From contig JAGLYZ010000002.1 in the NCBI GenBank assembly GCA_023131895.1, positions 1-41,363 on the forward strand: DNA of 41,363 nt. The letters are read 5' to 3'. Below the pieces are notes generated by a model. The model was not told where the DNA came from. It did no database searches and was given only the letters and a program-made list of their open reading frames with translations. Of the stretch, positions 15,205-23,949 are shown one piece after another (the stretch's first letter is position 1; every line of letters starts with the position of its first letter). The DNA is from Candidatus Parcubacteria bacterium (GTDB lineage: Bacteria > Patescibacteriota > Minisyncoccia > Minisyncoccales > JAGMDC01). Both the position numbers and the translations under genes were made by a program.

Positions 15205-15279
15205 GGGCGTGTGGCTCAGTGGTAGAGCGCATTCCTGATAAGAATGAGGTCGAAGGTCCGATTCCTTCCACGCCCACCA
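15205..15279 (+). tRNA. tRNA-Ile (anticodon GAT), CCA encoded
   Basis: Manual cloverleaf: acceptor GGGCGTG/CACGCCC, D arm GCTC..GAGC, anticodon stem CATTC/GAATG with loop CTGATAA, T arm GAAGG-TCCGATT-CCTTC, then discriminator A and CCA. Confidence 0.9.
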
Positions 15280-15289
15280 AAAATTTTAA

Positions 15290-15363
15290 GGGCCCGTAGT
15301 TCAGTTGGTTAGAATATCTCATTTGCAATGAGGAGATCAGCGGTTCGAATCCGCTCGGGTCCA
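15290..15363 (+). tRNA. tRNA-Ala (anticodon TGC), CCA not encoded
   Basis: Acceptor GGGCCCG/CGGGTCC contains the G3:U70 alanine identity pair. The anticodon loop is TTTGCAA and the T arm AGCGG-TTCGAAT-CCGCT is canonical. Confidence 0.85.
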
Positions 15364-15451
15364 ATATATTTTAAAAAATTTCTAACTCATAATTTCTAAT
15401 TTCTAATTAACCTAATCAGTTGTTGGGAGTTAGTTATTAATTATTTTTACT

Positions 15452-17347
15452 ATGGCAAAGATATTAGGTATTGATTTAGGCACAACATTTTCGGCAATGG
15501 CAGTAATTGAAGCAGGCGAGCCCAAGATTATTGAAAATAAAGAAGGGGCGAGAACAACGCCTTCTATTGTGGCATTGGCAAAAAATCAGGAACGATTGGT
15601 TGGAATTTTGGCTAGACGCCAGCAGGTTACTAATCCTCAAAATACGATTTTTTCCACAAAAAGATTGATTGGAAGAAAATTTTCTGACAAAGAGGTGCAA
15701 AAAGATAAAAAACTTATGCCTTATGAGATTAGAGAGGCGGGTGATGGCGGAGTAGAAATAAAAATGGGTGATAAATGGTATAAGCCATTGGAAATTTCAG
15801 CAATGATTTTGCAGAAATTAAAAGCGGACGCTGAAGAAAAGTTAGGAGAAAAAATAGAAGAAGCGATAATTACTTGTCCCGCGTATTTTGACGATTCCCA
15901 AAGAAAAGCGACAAAAGTGGCTGGCGAGGTAGCTGGCTTTAAAGTTAAAAGAGTTATTAACGAGCCAACAGCTGCTGCTTTAGCTTATGGCCTGACAAAG
16001 AAAGGCGAGAAAAAAATAGTTGTTTATGATTTTGGCGGCGGCACCTTTGACATTTCAATTTTAGACGTAAGTGAAGACACAGTTGAAGTAAAGGGGACTG
16101 GCGGCGATACTCATTTGGGCGGAGATGATTTTGACCAAAAAATTATTGAGTGGTTAGTAGATAAATTCAAAAAAGACCAGGGCATTGATTTATCAAAAGA
16201 CCAATTAGCCCTTCAGCGCTTAAAGGAAGCAGCAGAAAAGGCAAAGATAGAATTATCTACCACAATGGAAACAGAAATTAATCTTCCTTTTATTACTTCT
16301 GATTCCGCCGGACCAAAACATCTGCTTTTTAAATTGAATAGGGCAGAATTTGAAAACCTAGTTAAAGAATATATTGACAAATCCATTGAGCTGACTAAGC
16401 AAACCTTGAAAGAAGTCGGTTTTGAGGCAAAAGATATAGACGAGGTTATTTTAGTCGGCGGGCAGACAAGAACTCCAAAAATCCAGGAAGAAATCAAAAA
16501 TCTTCTTGGCAAGGAAGCGAATAAAGAGATCAACCCTGATGAAGTAGTTGCTACAGGCGCTGCGGTTCAAGCGGGTATTCTGCAGGGTGAAGTAAAAGAT
16601 GTTTTGCTTTTAGATGTTACTCCTTTATCTTTGGGGATTGAAACCATGGGTAATGTTAACACTGTTTTAATTTCTAAAAATACAACTGTTCCAACTTCTA
16701 AAACACAGGTTTTTTCCACTGCTGCTGAGAACCAGCCATCAGTAGAAATTCATGTTTTACAGGGAGAAAGGCCAATGGCTGGTGATAATAAAAGCTTAGG
16801 CAGGTTTATTCTAGACGGAATTCCGCCAGCGCCAAGAGGGATTCCTCAAATTGAAGTGAGTTTTGATATTGATGCCAATGGCATTTTAGCTGTGTCAGCA
16901 AAGGATAAAGCCACTGGGAAAAGCCAGTCAATCAGAATAGAGGGTTCCTGCGGTGTATCTAAAGAGGAAGTGGAAAAAATGAAAAAAGAAGCAGAGATAC
17001 ATTCCCAAGAAGATGCAAAGAAAAAAGAACTGATTGAGGCCCGTAATATCGCTGATAATTTAGTTTATACTACAGAAAAGACCTTAAGAGACGCTGGTGA
17101 TAAGGTGTCAGCGGATATAAAAAAAGAAATTGAGGAGAAAGCCAATGAATTGAAAAAAGTTAAGGATAGTGATAATATAGATGAAATTAAAGCAAAAACA
17201 TCTGATTTATCACAGGCGATTCAGAAAATCGGAGCGCAAATGTATGGACAGCAGCCAGGGCAGGGACAACAGCCTGGACAGGAACCGCCAAAAGAAGAAG
17301 GCAAGGATGAAAAGAAGCCGGAAGAAGGAGAATATAAAGAGAAATAA
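15452..17347 (+). CDS. dnaK: Molecular chaperone DnaK (Hsp70)
   Basis: [15 protein letters not shown] and VILVGGQTR signatures, with a C-terminal Gln/Pro/Glu-rich tail. Confidence 0.97.
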   Translation: MAKILGIDLGTTFSAMAVIEAGEPKIIENKEGARTTPSIVALAKNQERLVGILARRQQVTNPQNTIFSTKRLIGRKFSDKEVQKDKKLMPYEIREAGDGGVEIKMGDKWYKPLEISAMILQKLKADAEEKLGEKIEEAIITCPAYFDDSQRKATKVAGEVAGFKVKRVINEPTAAALAYGLTKKGEKKIVVYDFGGGTFDISILDVSEDTVEVKGTGGDTHLGGDDFDQKIIEWLVDKFKKDQGIDLSKDQLALQRLKEAAEKAKIELSTTMETEINLPFITSDSAGPKHLLFKLNRAEFENLVKEYIDKSIELTKQTLKEVGFEAKDIDEVILVGGQTRTPKIQEEIKNLLGKEANKEINPDEVVATGAAVQAGILQGEVKDVLLLDVTPLSLGIETMGNVNTVLISKNTTVPTSKTQVFSTAAENQPSVEIHVLQGERPMAGDNKSLGRFILDGIPPAPRGIPQIEVSFDIDANGILAVSAKDKATGKSQSIRIEGSCGVSKEEVEKMKKEAEIHSQEDAKKKELIEARNIADNLVYTTEKTLRDAGDKVSADIKKEIEEKANELKKVKDSDNIDEIKAKTSDLSQAIQKIGAQMYGQQPGQGQQPGQEPPKEEGKDEKKPEEGEYKEK

Positions 17348-17350
17348 ATC

Positions 17351-17431
17351 CATTTTAACATTCTAACATACAAACATTTTAACATTCTGAATTTGAATTT
17401 TGTTAATATGTTTAAATGTTAATATGTTTAT
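17351..17431. repeat. Imperfect 80-nt inverted repeat built from 4+4 AACAT octamers in the dnaK-dnaJ spacer
   Basis: The left arm is TTTAACAT TCTAACAT ACAAACAT TTTAACAT. The right arm is the inverse of ATAAACAT ATTAACAT TTAAACAT ATTAACAA. The right arm ends directly at the dnaJ ATG. Confidence 0.8.
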
Positions 17432-18514
17432 ATGATGCCTGAAGATTATTATCAAATACTTGGCATTGCTAGGAATGCCAATCAAGAAGAAATAAAAAAA
17501 GCATATAGAAAGCTGGCTCATAAACACCATCCGGATAAGGGAGGAAGTGAGGCAAAGTTTAAAGAGATAAACGAGGCATATCAGGTTCTTTCTAATAAAG
17601 ATAAGCGAGCCCAGTATGACCGTTTTGGCAGAACATTTGATGGCGCTGGTCAAGGTTTTGACCCGGGTTTTGATTTTGGCGCCGGGTTTGGTGGTGAAGA
17701 ATTTGGAGATTTTGGCGATATAGGGGAGATATTCGAAGAATTTTTTGGGACAGGTTCTGCAGACAGGAGAAAGAAAGACCTAAAAAGAGGAAAAGATATT
17801 GAAATTGACATTGAGATTCCATTAGAAGCAGTTTTAAAAAGCCAAGAGAAAAAAATTACACTTTATAAAATGGTTGTTTGTTCCCGCTGTAATGGAATTG
17901 GAGCTGAACCAGGAACTTCTGTAAAAGAATGTTTTACCTGCCGCGGCACAGGACAGGTTCAGCAGATAAAAAGAACGATTTTTGGCTCTGTAACCCGTTA
18001 TGTTATCTGCCCTGAATGCGGAGGAGAAGGAACAAAGCCGGAAAAACCTTGTAATGTTTGCAAAGGCCAAGGAAGGATCAAAAAAGAGGAAGAAATTATT
18101 CTCTATATTCCTGCTGGCGTTGATACCAATCAAGTGATAAAAATTGAAGGAAAAGGCGATGCTGGCGAAAAGGGAGGACAAGCAGGTGATTTATATGTCA
18201 GAATTCTTGTGAAAAAACACCATCTTTTTATAAGAAGAGGCGATGATTTATACATTTTAATTCCTATTTCTTTTTCACAGGCAGTTTTAGGAGATGAAAA
18301 AGAAGCGCCAACCCTAGAAGGCAAAAAGATTTTATTAAAAGTGCCAAGCGGCACTGAATCAGGAAAGGTCTTGCGAATTTCTGGAAAAGGCATTCCTCGT
18401 TTTGCTGGCTTTGGCAGGGGAAATATGTATGTAGAATTAGAAATAGAAACGCCAAAGAAATTAACAAGAACACAAAAAGAATTATTAAAAAAATTGAAGG
18501 AAGAAGGAATGTAA
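17432..18514 (+). CDS. dnaJ: Co-chaperone DnaJ
   Basis: J-domain (DYYQILGI...HHPDK), a G/F-rich linker, and four CxxCxGxG zinc-finger repeats. Confidence 0.95.
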   Translation: MMPEDYYQILGIARNANQEEIKKAYRKLAHKHHPDKGGSEAKFKEINEAYQVLSNKDKRAQYDRFGRTFDGAGQGFDPGFDFGAGFGGEEFGDFGDIGEIFEEFFGTGSADRRKKDLKRGKDIEIDIEIPLEAVLKSQEKKITLYKMVVCSRCNGIGAEPGTSVKECFTCRGTGQVQQIKRTIFGSVTRYVICPECGGEGTKPEKPCNVCKGQGRIKKEEEIILYIPAGVDTNQVIKIEGKGDAGEKGGQAGDLYVRILVKKHHLFIRRGDDLYILIPISFSQAVLGDEKEAPTLEGKKILLKVPSGTESGKVLRISGKGIPRFAGFGRGNMYVELEIETPKKLTRTQKELLKKLKEEGM

Positions 18515-18541
18515 AAGTAAAAAGTAAGGATAAATTTCCTG

Positions 18542-18639
18542 CTGCGAAAACAAAATTTTTAGAATCGCTTATCCCTAAAATTTGCTTTGCAAATTTTGCT
18601 CGCCCACACCTGCGATTTAAAAATTTGTTTTCTTCGCAG
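18542..18639. repeat. Intergenic inverted-repeat element, family copy B
   Basis: CTGCGAAAACAAAATTTTTAGAATCGC (18542-18568) is the imperfect inverse of GCGATTTAAAAATTTGTTTTCTTCGCAG (18612-18639). An internal perfect hairpin AAAATTTGC-TTT-GCAAATTTT lies at 18577-18597. The termini are shared with the copies at 25829-25932 and 28573-28702. Confidence 0.7.
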
Positions 18640-18643
18640 AAAT

Positions 18644-18687
18644 AGTTTTTAGTTTTTCATTTTTAGTTTTTAATTTAGCGAAGCGTT
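18644..18687 (+). promoter_or_regulatory. T-tract leader module upstream of tRNA-Lys
   Basis: TTTTTAGTTTTTCATTTTTAGTTTTTAATTTAGCGAAGCGTT: four T5 tracts with a 7-nt period, then the AGCGAAGCG 9-mer also found before lysS (3641-3649). Confidence 0.45.
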
Positions 18688-18761
18688 GCGCCCATAGCTC
18701 AACTAGGTAGAGCAACGGCCTTTTAAGCCGGTGGTTGCAGGTCCGATTCCTGCTGGGCGCA
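18688..18761 (+). tRNA. tRNA-Lys (anticodon TTT), CCA not encoded
   Basis: Acceptor GCGCCCA/TGGGCGC, D arm GCTC..GAGC, anticodon loop CTTTTAA, T arm GCAGG-TCCGATT-CCTGC. Confidence 0.9.
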
Positions 18762-18774
18762 CATAAGTTTTAAT

Positions 18775-19431
18775 ATGAATAAAGCAGATATCTCATTATT
18801 GAATAAAAATAATATAAAAAAAGGGAGATTGATTGATTTAATGCCGGAATTTTATGAACTCAAGGAGCTTGTTGAAAGCAACTATTGGCATAATAAAGAA
18901 ACAGTTTTTAATCACATACTTTCTGTTTTAGATAATTTAGAAAAAATCATCCGCAATTTAAGAGAAGAAACTAAGCAAGTTTTAAATGAAATTGTTGAAA
19001 AAAAATCAAGGAAAGATTTATTAAGAGTTGCGGCATTGTTTCATGATATTGGCAAAAAAGAAACAATGATTGATTTTAACGGTTTTATGGATTTTCCTGG
19101 CCATGAGCAAAAAGGGGCGGAAAAAGCAGTAAAAATATTAAAAAGATTTAATCTATCCAAAAAAGAGTCTAAAATTGTTGCAGATATAATCAAAAATCAC
19201 AGTTTAGCTCATGAGATAATCACCCCCGAAAATTCAAATTTCCAAAAAGAATACAAAAATTTTAGGAAAAAATTTTTAGATAGTATCTATTTAGAGCTAA
19301 TTTTATTGGCATTTGCAGATACTATTGGCAGTTATTTGAAAAAAACTAAACCGACCGTATTTCGTTATAAAATTGATTTCTATAAAAAAGAATTAAAGAA
19401 TTTGCCGCCAAGGAAAATGGATAAATTATAA
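18775..19431 (+). CDS. HD-domain phosphohydrolase-family protein
   Basis: H...HD motif (NHILSVLD...ALFHDIGK) followed by PGHEQKGAE. This resembles the HD domain found in CCA-adding and polyA-polymerase-type enzymes. There is no nucleotidyltransferase domain. Confidence 0.7.
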   Translation: MNKADISLLNKNNIKKGRLIDLMPEFYELKELVESNYWHNKETVFNHILSVLDNLEKIIRNLREETKQVLNEIVEKKSRKDLLRVAALFHDIGKKETMIDFNGFMDFPGHEQKGAEKAVKILKRFNLSKKESKIVADIIKNHSLAHEIITPENSNFQKEYKNFRKKFLDSIYLELILLAFADTIGSYLKKTKPTVFRYKIDFYKKELKNLPPRKMDKL

Positions 19432-19498
19432 TAAAAATAAAGTGAATTTTCTATACTTCTTTTTTATTTTTATCTTTGTTATAATAATATAATTTATT

Positions 19499-19699
19499 AT
19501 GTTATTTGCTTTAATTTTTATACTTTTAGGAGTGATATTCCTTGCAAAAAACTTGGGAATTATTACTACTCAAACTTGGGGTATCACATGGCCTTGTATT
19601 TTGATTTTAATCGGTGTTTGGCTTCTTATAATGAAATACGAGTGGAGAATTAGAAAAAATAAATTTTTAGAAAAAGTTTGGAGAATAATAGAAAAGTAA
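19499..19699 (+). CDS. Small two-TM membrane protein (LiaF-N/DUF5668-like)
   Basis: 66 aa. Two hydrophobic helices (LFALIFILLGVIFLAKNLGII; WPCILILIGVWLLIM) and a basic tail. Two TATAAT hexamers lie at 19480-19493 just upstream. Confidence 0.5.
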   Translation: MLFALIFILLGVIFLAKNLGIITTQTWGITWPCILILIGVWLLIMKYEWRIRKNKFLEKVWRIIEK

Positions 19700-19702
19700 T
19701 AT

Positions 19703-20938
19703 ATGCGGATAGGGATTTTTACTAATATATATTTGCCGATTGTTAGCGGGGTTGTTACGATAATAGAGAATTACCGGCAAGAGTTGGAAAGGCAGGGCCA
19801 TCAGGTTTTTATTTTTGCGGCTGAAAATCGCGGTTATAAAGATGAAAATCCGCGAGTTTTCCGTTTTAAATCAATAGACCTTAATTACAAAATTTCTTAT
19901 CCATTGCCTATAATTTCTTCTCCTCGCATTAGTAGAATAATCAAAAAAATAAATTTAGATATTGCCCATACGCAGCATTTTTTTATTTGCGGGCAGATTG
20001 CATGGTATCATGCTAAAAAGTTTAATATTCCTTTGGTTTTTACACAGCATACCCGTTATGAATATTACACGCACTATGTTCCTTATCTACCCAAAGAAAT
20101 AAGCAAGCCGCTTGCATTGTCTCTTTGCGCTGTGTATGCTAATTCCTGCGATTCTGTGATTGCTCCGACTGAAGACATTAAGAATTCTCTTTTAAAATAC
20201 AAAGTAAGGACGCCAATAACTATTCTTCCATCCGGAATTGATTTAAACAGATTTATTCAAGCAAATGGCAAAGCAATAAGAGAAAAATATAATATAGGCG
20301 AGGATAAATGCGTGTTATTAACAGTTTGTAGATTAGCTCCAGAAAAAAACATTTCTTTTTTGTTAAAATCATTTAAGCAGATTAGCTTAAAAAATCCAGA
20401 TGTTTATTTTATAATAATAGGGGATGGTCCTTCTAAAAAAGCGTTAATATCTGAAAGCGATAAAATAGGATTAAAAAATAAGATTATATTTACAGGCAAA
20501 GTAGATTGGCAGAAAATCCCTTCTTTTTACAAGGCAGCTGATATTTTCCTTTTTAGCTCTTTTTCAGAGGTTCAGCCAACTGTTATCACTGAGGCTATGG
20601 CTTCCGGCCTTCCTATTATAGCTATAAACGCTAACGGAATAAAAGATGCTGTCATAGATGGAAAAAATGGTATTTTAACCTCTAATAATGTTAATGAATT
20701 CAGCCAAGCTGTTTTAAGGTTAGTAGAGCAAGGAGAATTAAGAAAGAGGATTTCAGAGAGAGCAGAAAAAATGGCTAATAGTTTTTCTTCAGAGAAAGCC
20801 GCGGAAAAACTCATTAATCTTTATAAAAAATTAATAATTCAGAAAAAAGAAAATCGTAAATCAAAAAATAAAAGCCTTGATTTGATCAAAGACAAGTTTA
20901 CAAATTTTAAGTTTGATCAGATTATAAGCCAAAAATGA
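19703..20938 (+). CDS. GT4-family (GT-B) glycosyltransferase, glycolipid-synthase-like
   Basis: N-terminal IGIFTNIYLPIVSGV and a C-terminal EX7E region (FSSFSEVQPTVITEAMASGLPIIA). Confidence 0.85.
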   Translation: MRIGIFTNIYLPIVSGVVTIIENYRQELERQGHQVFIFAAENRGYKDENPRVFRFKSIDLNYKISYPLPIISSPRISRIIKKINLDIAHTQHFFICGQIAWYHAKKFNIPLVFTQHTRYEYYTHYVPYLPKEISKPLALSLCAVYANSCDSVIAPTEDIKNSLLKYKVRTPITILPSGIDLNRFIQANGKAIREKYNIGEDKCVLLTVCRLAPEKNISFLLKSFKQISLKNPDVYFIIIGDGPSKKALISESDKIGLKNKIIFTGKVDWQKIPSFYKAADIFLFSSFSEVQPTVITEAMASGLPIIAINANGIKDAVIDGKNGILTSNNVNEFSQAVLRLVEQGELRKRISERAEKMANSFSSEKAAEKLINLYKKLIIQKKENRKSKNKSLDLIKDKFTNFKFDQIISQK

Positions 20939-21825
20939 GAAACTATCATTATTATTTTAAAATGTTAAGAGTTAAGGATACGGTTAAATTCTTTTTCTGG
21001 ATTCCTATTGTTGGAGCAATATTAGCGAATGTTTCTTTTAATAACATTATTCTTATTGCAATTATCTCTTTCTGCACTGTTTCTTACGCTTTTGTAATAA
21101 ATAATTATTTTGATGTAGAAATAGACAAAAAAAATCCAAAGAAAATCAAGTCAAAAAGCAATCCATTAGCTCAAGGATTTGTGACCAAGAAAGGCGTTTT
21201 AACTCTGTCTGGAATATTATTAATGATTTCTATTTGTCTATCTCTTTTTATAAATTTTATTGGATTTATTTTTGTTTTATTATCTATTTTCGGCGCTACC
21301 CTTTATTCAATGTCTTATATCCGCCTTAAGGAAAGAAATATTATTGATATAGTCAGCCATGGTTTTGCGTTAGGACTTTTTCTTTTTTTGGCTGGAGTAT
21401 TTTTAGCTCAAGGAATTATTAATATGTCTTTGCTGGCAATTTCATTTCTGTTCACTATATTGAGCGCCAATGTCCTTTTAGCGCATCAAATAATGGATTA
21501 TGAAGAGGATTTAGGGAATACACAAACTACTGCCATTAAAATTGGCAAGGGAAGAAGCTATCTCTTCCTTTTTCTTTTTTTAATAGTTTCCATATTTTTA
21601 TTTGAAATAATAATATTGAAATATTATTCAGGTATTGAATGGTGGTTTTTTTATTTTGCTTTATTGCTTTTAATATTTTGGTGGCTTCCGTTTAAGTTAA
21701 TCAGGCAGCTTGGCAAAGAGAGAATCAAAGATACATTAATGGAGGGATTGCTTTTACCGAATATAATTTATGAGAATAAAATAAAACCCTATCAAAATAA
21801 AATAAAGAGAATATTCTTTGAATAG
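20935..21825 (+). CDS. UbiA-superfamily prenyltransferase
   Basis: Polytopic, with the Asp-rich motifs NNYFDVEIDKKN (NxxxDxxxD) and MDYEEDLGN (DxxxD). ATGA overlap with the GT4 gene. Confidence 0.8.
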   Translation: MRNYHYYFKMLRVKDTVKFFFWIPIVGAILANVSFNNIILIAIISFCTVSYAFVINNYFDVEIDKKNPKKIKSKSNPLAQGFVTKKGVLTLSGILLMISICLSLFINFIGFIFVLLSIFGATLYSMSYIRLKERNIIDIVSHGFALGLFLFLAGVFLAQGIINMSLLAISFLFTILSANVLLAHQIMDYEEDLGNTQTTAIKIGKGRSYLFLFLFLIVSIFLFEIIILKYYSGIEWWFFYFALLLLIFWWLPFKLIRQLGKERIKDTLMEGLLLPNIIYENKIKPYQNKIKRIFFE

Positions 21826-21839
21826 ATCCTCTCACCTTT

Positions 21840-22892
21840 ATGAAAAAGTTCATATTTTTCTCCTTCACTCTATTAATAGGTTTAATCCTTTTTTTTATTG
21901 CGTTTAAGGAAATAGGGCTTGAAAATATAGTTTCCGCTCTTTCCAATATTTCAATAAGCCAGTTCTTTTTTGTGTTTGGGGTTATTATCTTTAGTTTTTT
22001 AGTTGGAACTCTGCGGCTGAAAATTATATTAAAAACTCAATTATCTGAAAAAATTTCCTTTTTAGATGTTTTAATAGCCAGGACTGTTGGTTTTACTATT
22101 AATTATCTCACCCCGGTTATTTTTGCTGGAGGCCAGCCGTTTAAGGCATATATTATTAAGGAAAAAACAAAGGCCTCTTTAGATAAAATTATCGTTTCCA
22201 TTATTATAAGCGAAGCTGTTTTTCTAAGTATATTGTTTTTCTTCATTGTTTTAGGAGTATTGTTTTTATTTCTTTCTTTTAATTTACCTTTTATTTTTGA
22301 AATTATAATTTCTGGAATAACACTTTTTTTCTTCCTTATATTTTGTCTTTTTTATTCCCGCATAATTAGAAAATCTCCAGATAAAAAAGGATTTTTCACA
22401 TTCTTTATTGAGTTTCTTCGTTTAGATAGAGTAGGCTTAATAAATGGAATGAAAACAAAAATTGCTGATATTGAGAGAGATATATTTTATTTTTTTAAGC
22501 ACCAAAAAGCTAAATTGATAATAGTTTCTTTTTTAACCCTGATAGAAATTTTACTTTTAATTTTATCTTATTGGCTGATAATATTATTTTTAGGAAGTAT
22601 CTTAAATTTTAAAGAATTACTATCTGTTAATGCTTTAATAGATTTGGTTTATTTTATTCCTATTCCAGCCGCATTGGGAAGTTTTGAATGGAGCCAGGCA
22701 TTAATCTTTGATATTTTTGGTTTAAATTTAAATATGGGTATCGCTTTTAGTTTAATAGTAAGATGCTTTAGTTTAATTATGGCAGGATTGGGAATTCTTT
22801 TGCTAGTCCACTTTGAAATAAAAACTTTGGCAGAAAGATTAGGAGCAGCTATTCAAAAATTTGTTGATATTTTCAGAAATAATAAAATATGA
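21840..22892 (+). CDS. Flippase-like membrane protein (lysyl-PG synthase TM-domain/UPF0104-like)
   Basis: 350 aa with about 8 TM helices. The call rests on size, topology and context (after GT4 and UbiA), so family assignment from sequence alone is tentative. Confidence 0.5.
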   Translation: MKKFIFFSFTLLIGLILFFIAFKEIGLENIVSALSNISISQFFFVFGVIIFSFLVGTLRLKIILKTQLSEKISFLDVLIARTVGFTINYLTPVIFAGGQPFKAYIIKEKTKASLDKIIVSIIISEAVFLSILFFFIVLGVLFLFLSFNLPFIFEIIISGITLFFFLIFCLFYSRIIRKSPDKKGFFTFFIEFLRLDRVGLINGMKTKIADIERDIFYFFKHQKAKLIIVSFLTLIEILLLILSYWLIILFLGSILNFKELLSVNALIDLVYFIPIPAALGSFEWSQALIFDIFGLNLNMGIAFSLIVRCFSLIMAGLGILLLVHFEIKTLAERLGAAIQKFVDIFRNNKI

Positions 22893-23479
22893 CCAAACTA
22901 ATTTTAGCTACAACTTCTCCGCACCGCAAAGAAGCATTTGGATATTTAGGAATTGATTTTGAAATGGAAGGGAGTAATGTTGATGAATCTCAAGCAAAGA
23001 GAAATAATCCTGAAGAATTAGTAAAAACATTATCAAAATTAAAAGCTGAAGCAGTGGCTAAAAATCATTCAGACGCTATTGTAATTGGAATGGATTCAGT
23101 CGGGTATTTCAATGATAAAATTCTGGAAAAACCAAAGTCAAAAGAAGAGGAATTTCAGCGGCTACAATCTCTGTCTGGAAATAACCATCAATTTTATACA
23201 GGAATTTATATGATTAATACAGCTTTGGACAAAGTAATTTCAAGAGTTGTTAAAACAGAGGTATTTATGAGAAAACTTTCAGATAAAGAGATTGAAAAAT
23301 ATCTTAATGAAGATTCTCATTTTAATACTTTTGCCTTAGGTTATGATGCTTTAAGGCATTGCAGCTCGGCATTTGTTAAAAGAATAGAAGGAAGTTATTA
23401 CAATCTTTTAGGAGGCATTCCTTTGGAAACAATAGTGGAAATGCTTCCCGAAGTCGGTTATAAATTTAATCAAGTTTAA
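22889..23479 (+). CDS. maf: Maf-family nucleoside-triphosphate pyrophosphatase
   Basis: LILATTSPHRKEAF start, D..V......I.EKP, and a C-terminal GAY.IQG-like region (GYDALRHCSSAFVKRIEGSYYNLLGGIP). ATGA overlap with the preceding gene. Confidence 0.85.
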   Translation: MTKLILATTSPHRKEAFGYLGIDFEMEGSNVDESQAKRNNPEELVKTLSKLKAEAVAKNHSDAIVIGMDSVGYFNDKILEKPKSKEEEFQRLQSLSGNNHQFYTGIYMINTALDKVISRVVKTEVFMRKLSDKEIEKYLNEDSHFNTFALGYDALRHCSSAFVKRIEGSYYNLLGGIPLETIVEMLPEVGYKFNQV

Positions 23480-23488
23480 ATTTTAATT

Positions 23489-23929
23489 ATGAAAATAACA
23501 ATTTGCTCATCAGCATTTTTTACAAAAGAGTGTTATGACATTAAGAAAGAATTAGAAAAAAATAACCATCTTGTTTTTATCTGGTCGCCAGAAATTGGGG
23601 TGAACGGTAATACTGTATCTATGAAGGATTTTCACGCAATGAGGAAAAACAATCTCACAGAAGATTTATTGAAACTAAAAAAATCATTGATTGATGAGCA
23701 TATAGAAAGAATAAAAGACAGTGATGCGGTTTTAGTTTTGAATTTTGATAAAAATGGGATTAAAAACTATATCGGAGGCAATACTTTTTTAGAAATGGGA
23801 TTTGCTTATGTTTTAGGTAAAAAGATATTTTTACTAAATCCCATTCCTGGCATAAATTACAAGGAAGAAATAGAAGCTATGAGCCCTCTTATTCTTTGTG
23901 GGGATTTGAATAAGATAAAAGAGAATTGA
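23489..23929 (+). CDS. Nucleoside 2-deoxyribosyltransferase-like (flavodoxin-fold) protein
   Basis: 146 aa. MKITICSS start and IGGNTFLEMGFAYVLGKKIFLL resemble the D/GT..E.G.A...GKP motif of the NDT-like superfamily. The assignment is tentative. Confidence 0.4.
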   Translation: MKITICSSAFFTKECYDIKKELEKNNHLVFIWSPEIGVNGNTVSMKDFHAMRKNNLTEDLLKLKKSLIDEHIERIKDSDAVLVLNFDKNGIKNYIGGNTFLEMGFAYVLGKKIFLLNPIPGINYKEEIEAMSPLILCGDLNKIKEN

Positions 23930-23949
23930 AATGAAATATTTTACTTAAT

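Noticed and set aside
15170-15364. 64-aa minus-strand ORF
   Set aside because: It lies entirely across the tRNA-Ile and tRNA-Ala genes, so it is an artefact.
15377-15451. Possible CIRCE/HrcA operator upstream of dnaK (CTAACTC ... GAGTTAG, TTTCTAA repeats)
   Set aside because: The inverted repeat is 7 bp with a ~38-nt spacer and does not match TTAGCACTC-N9-GAGTGCTAA. The arms are arranged A-B-A'-B' rather than nested. I treat it as AT-rich low-complexity sequence.
14843-17431. Tandem and inverted short repeats as a CRISPR array
   Set aside because: The units are 8 nt with no spacers, the arrays hold only 4 units, and there are no cas genes. This is not a CRISPR array.
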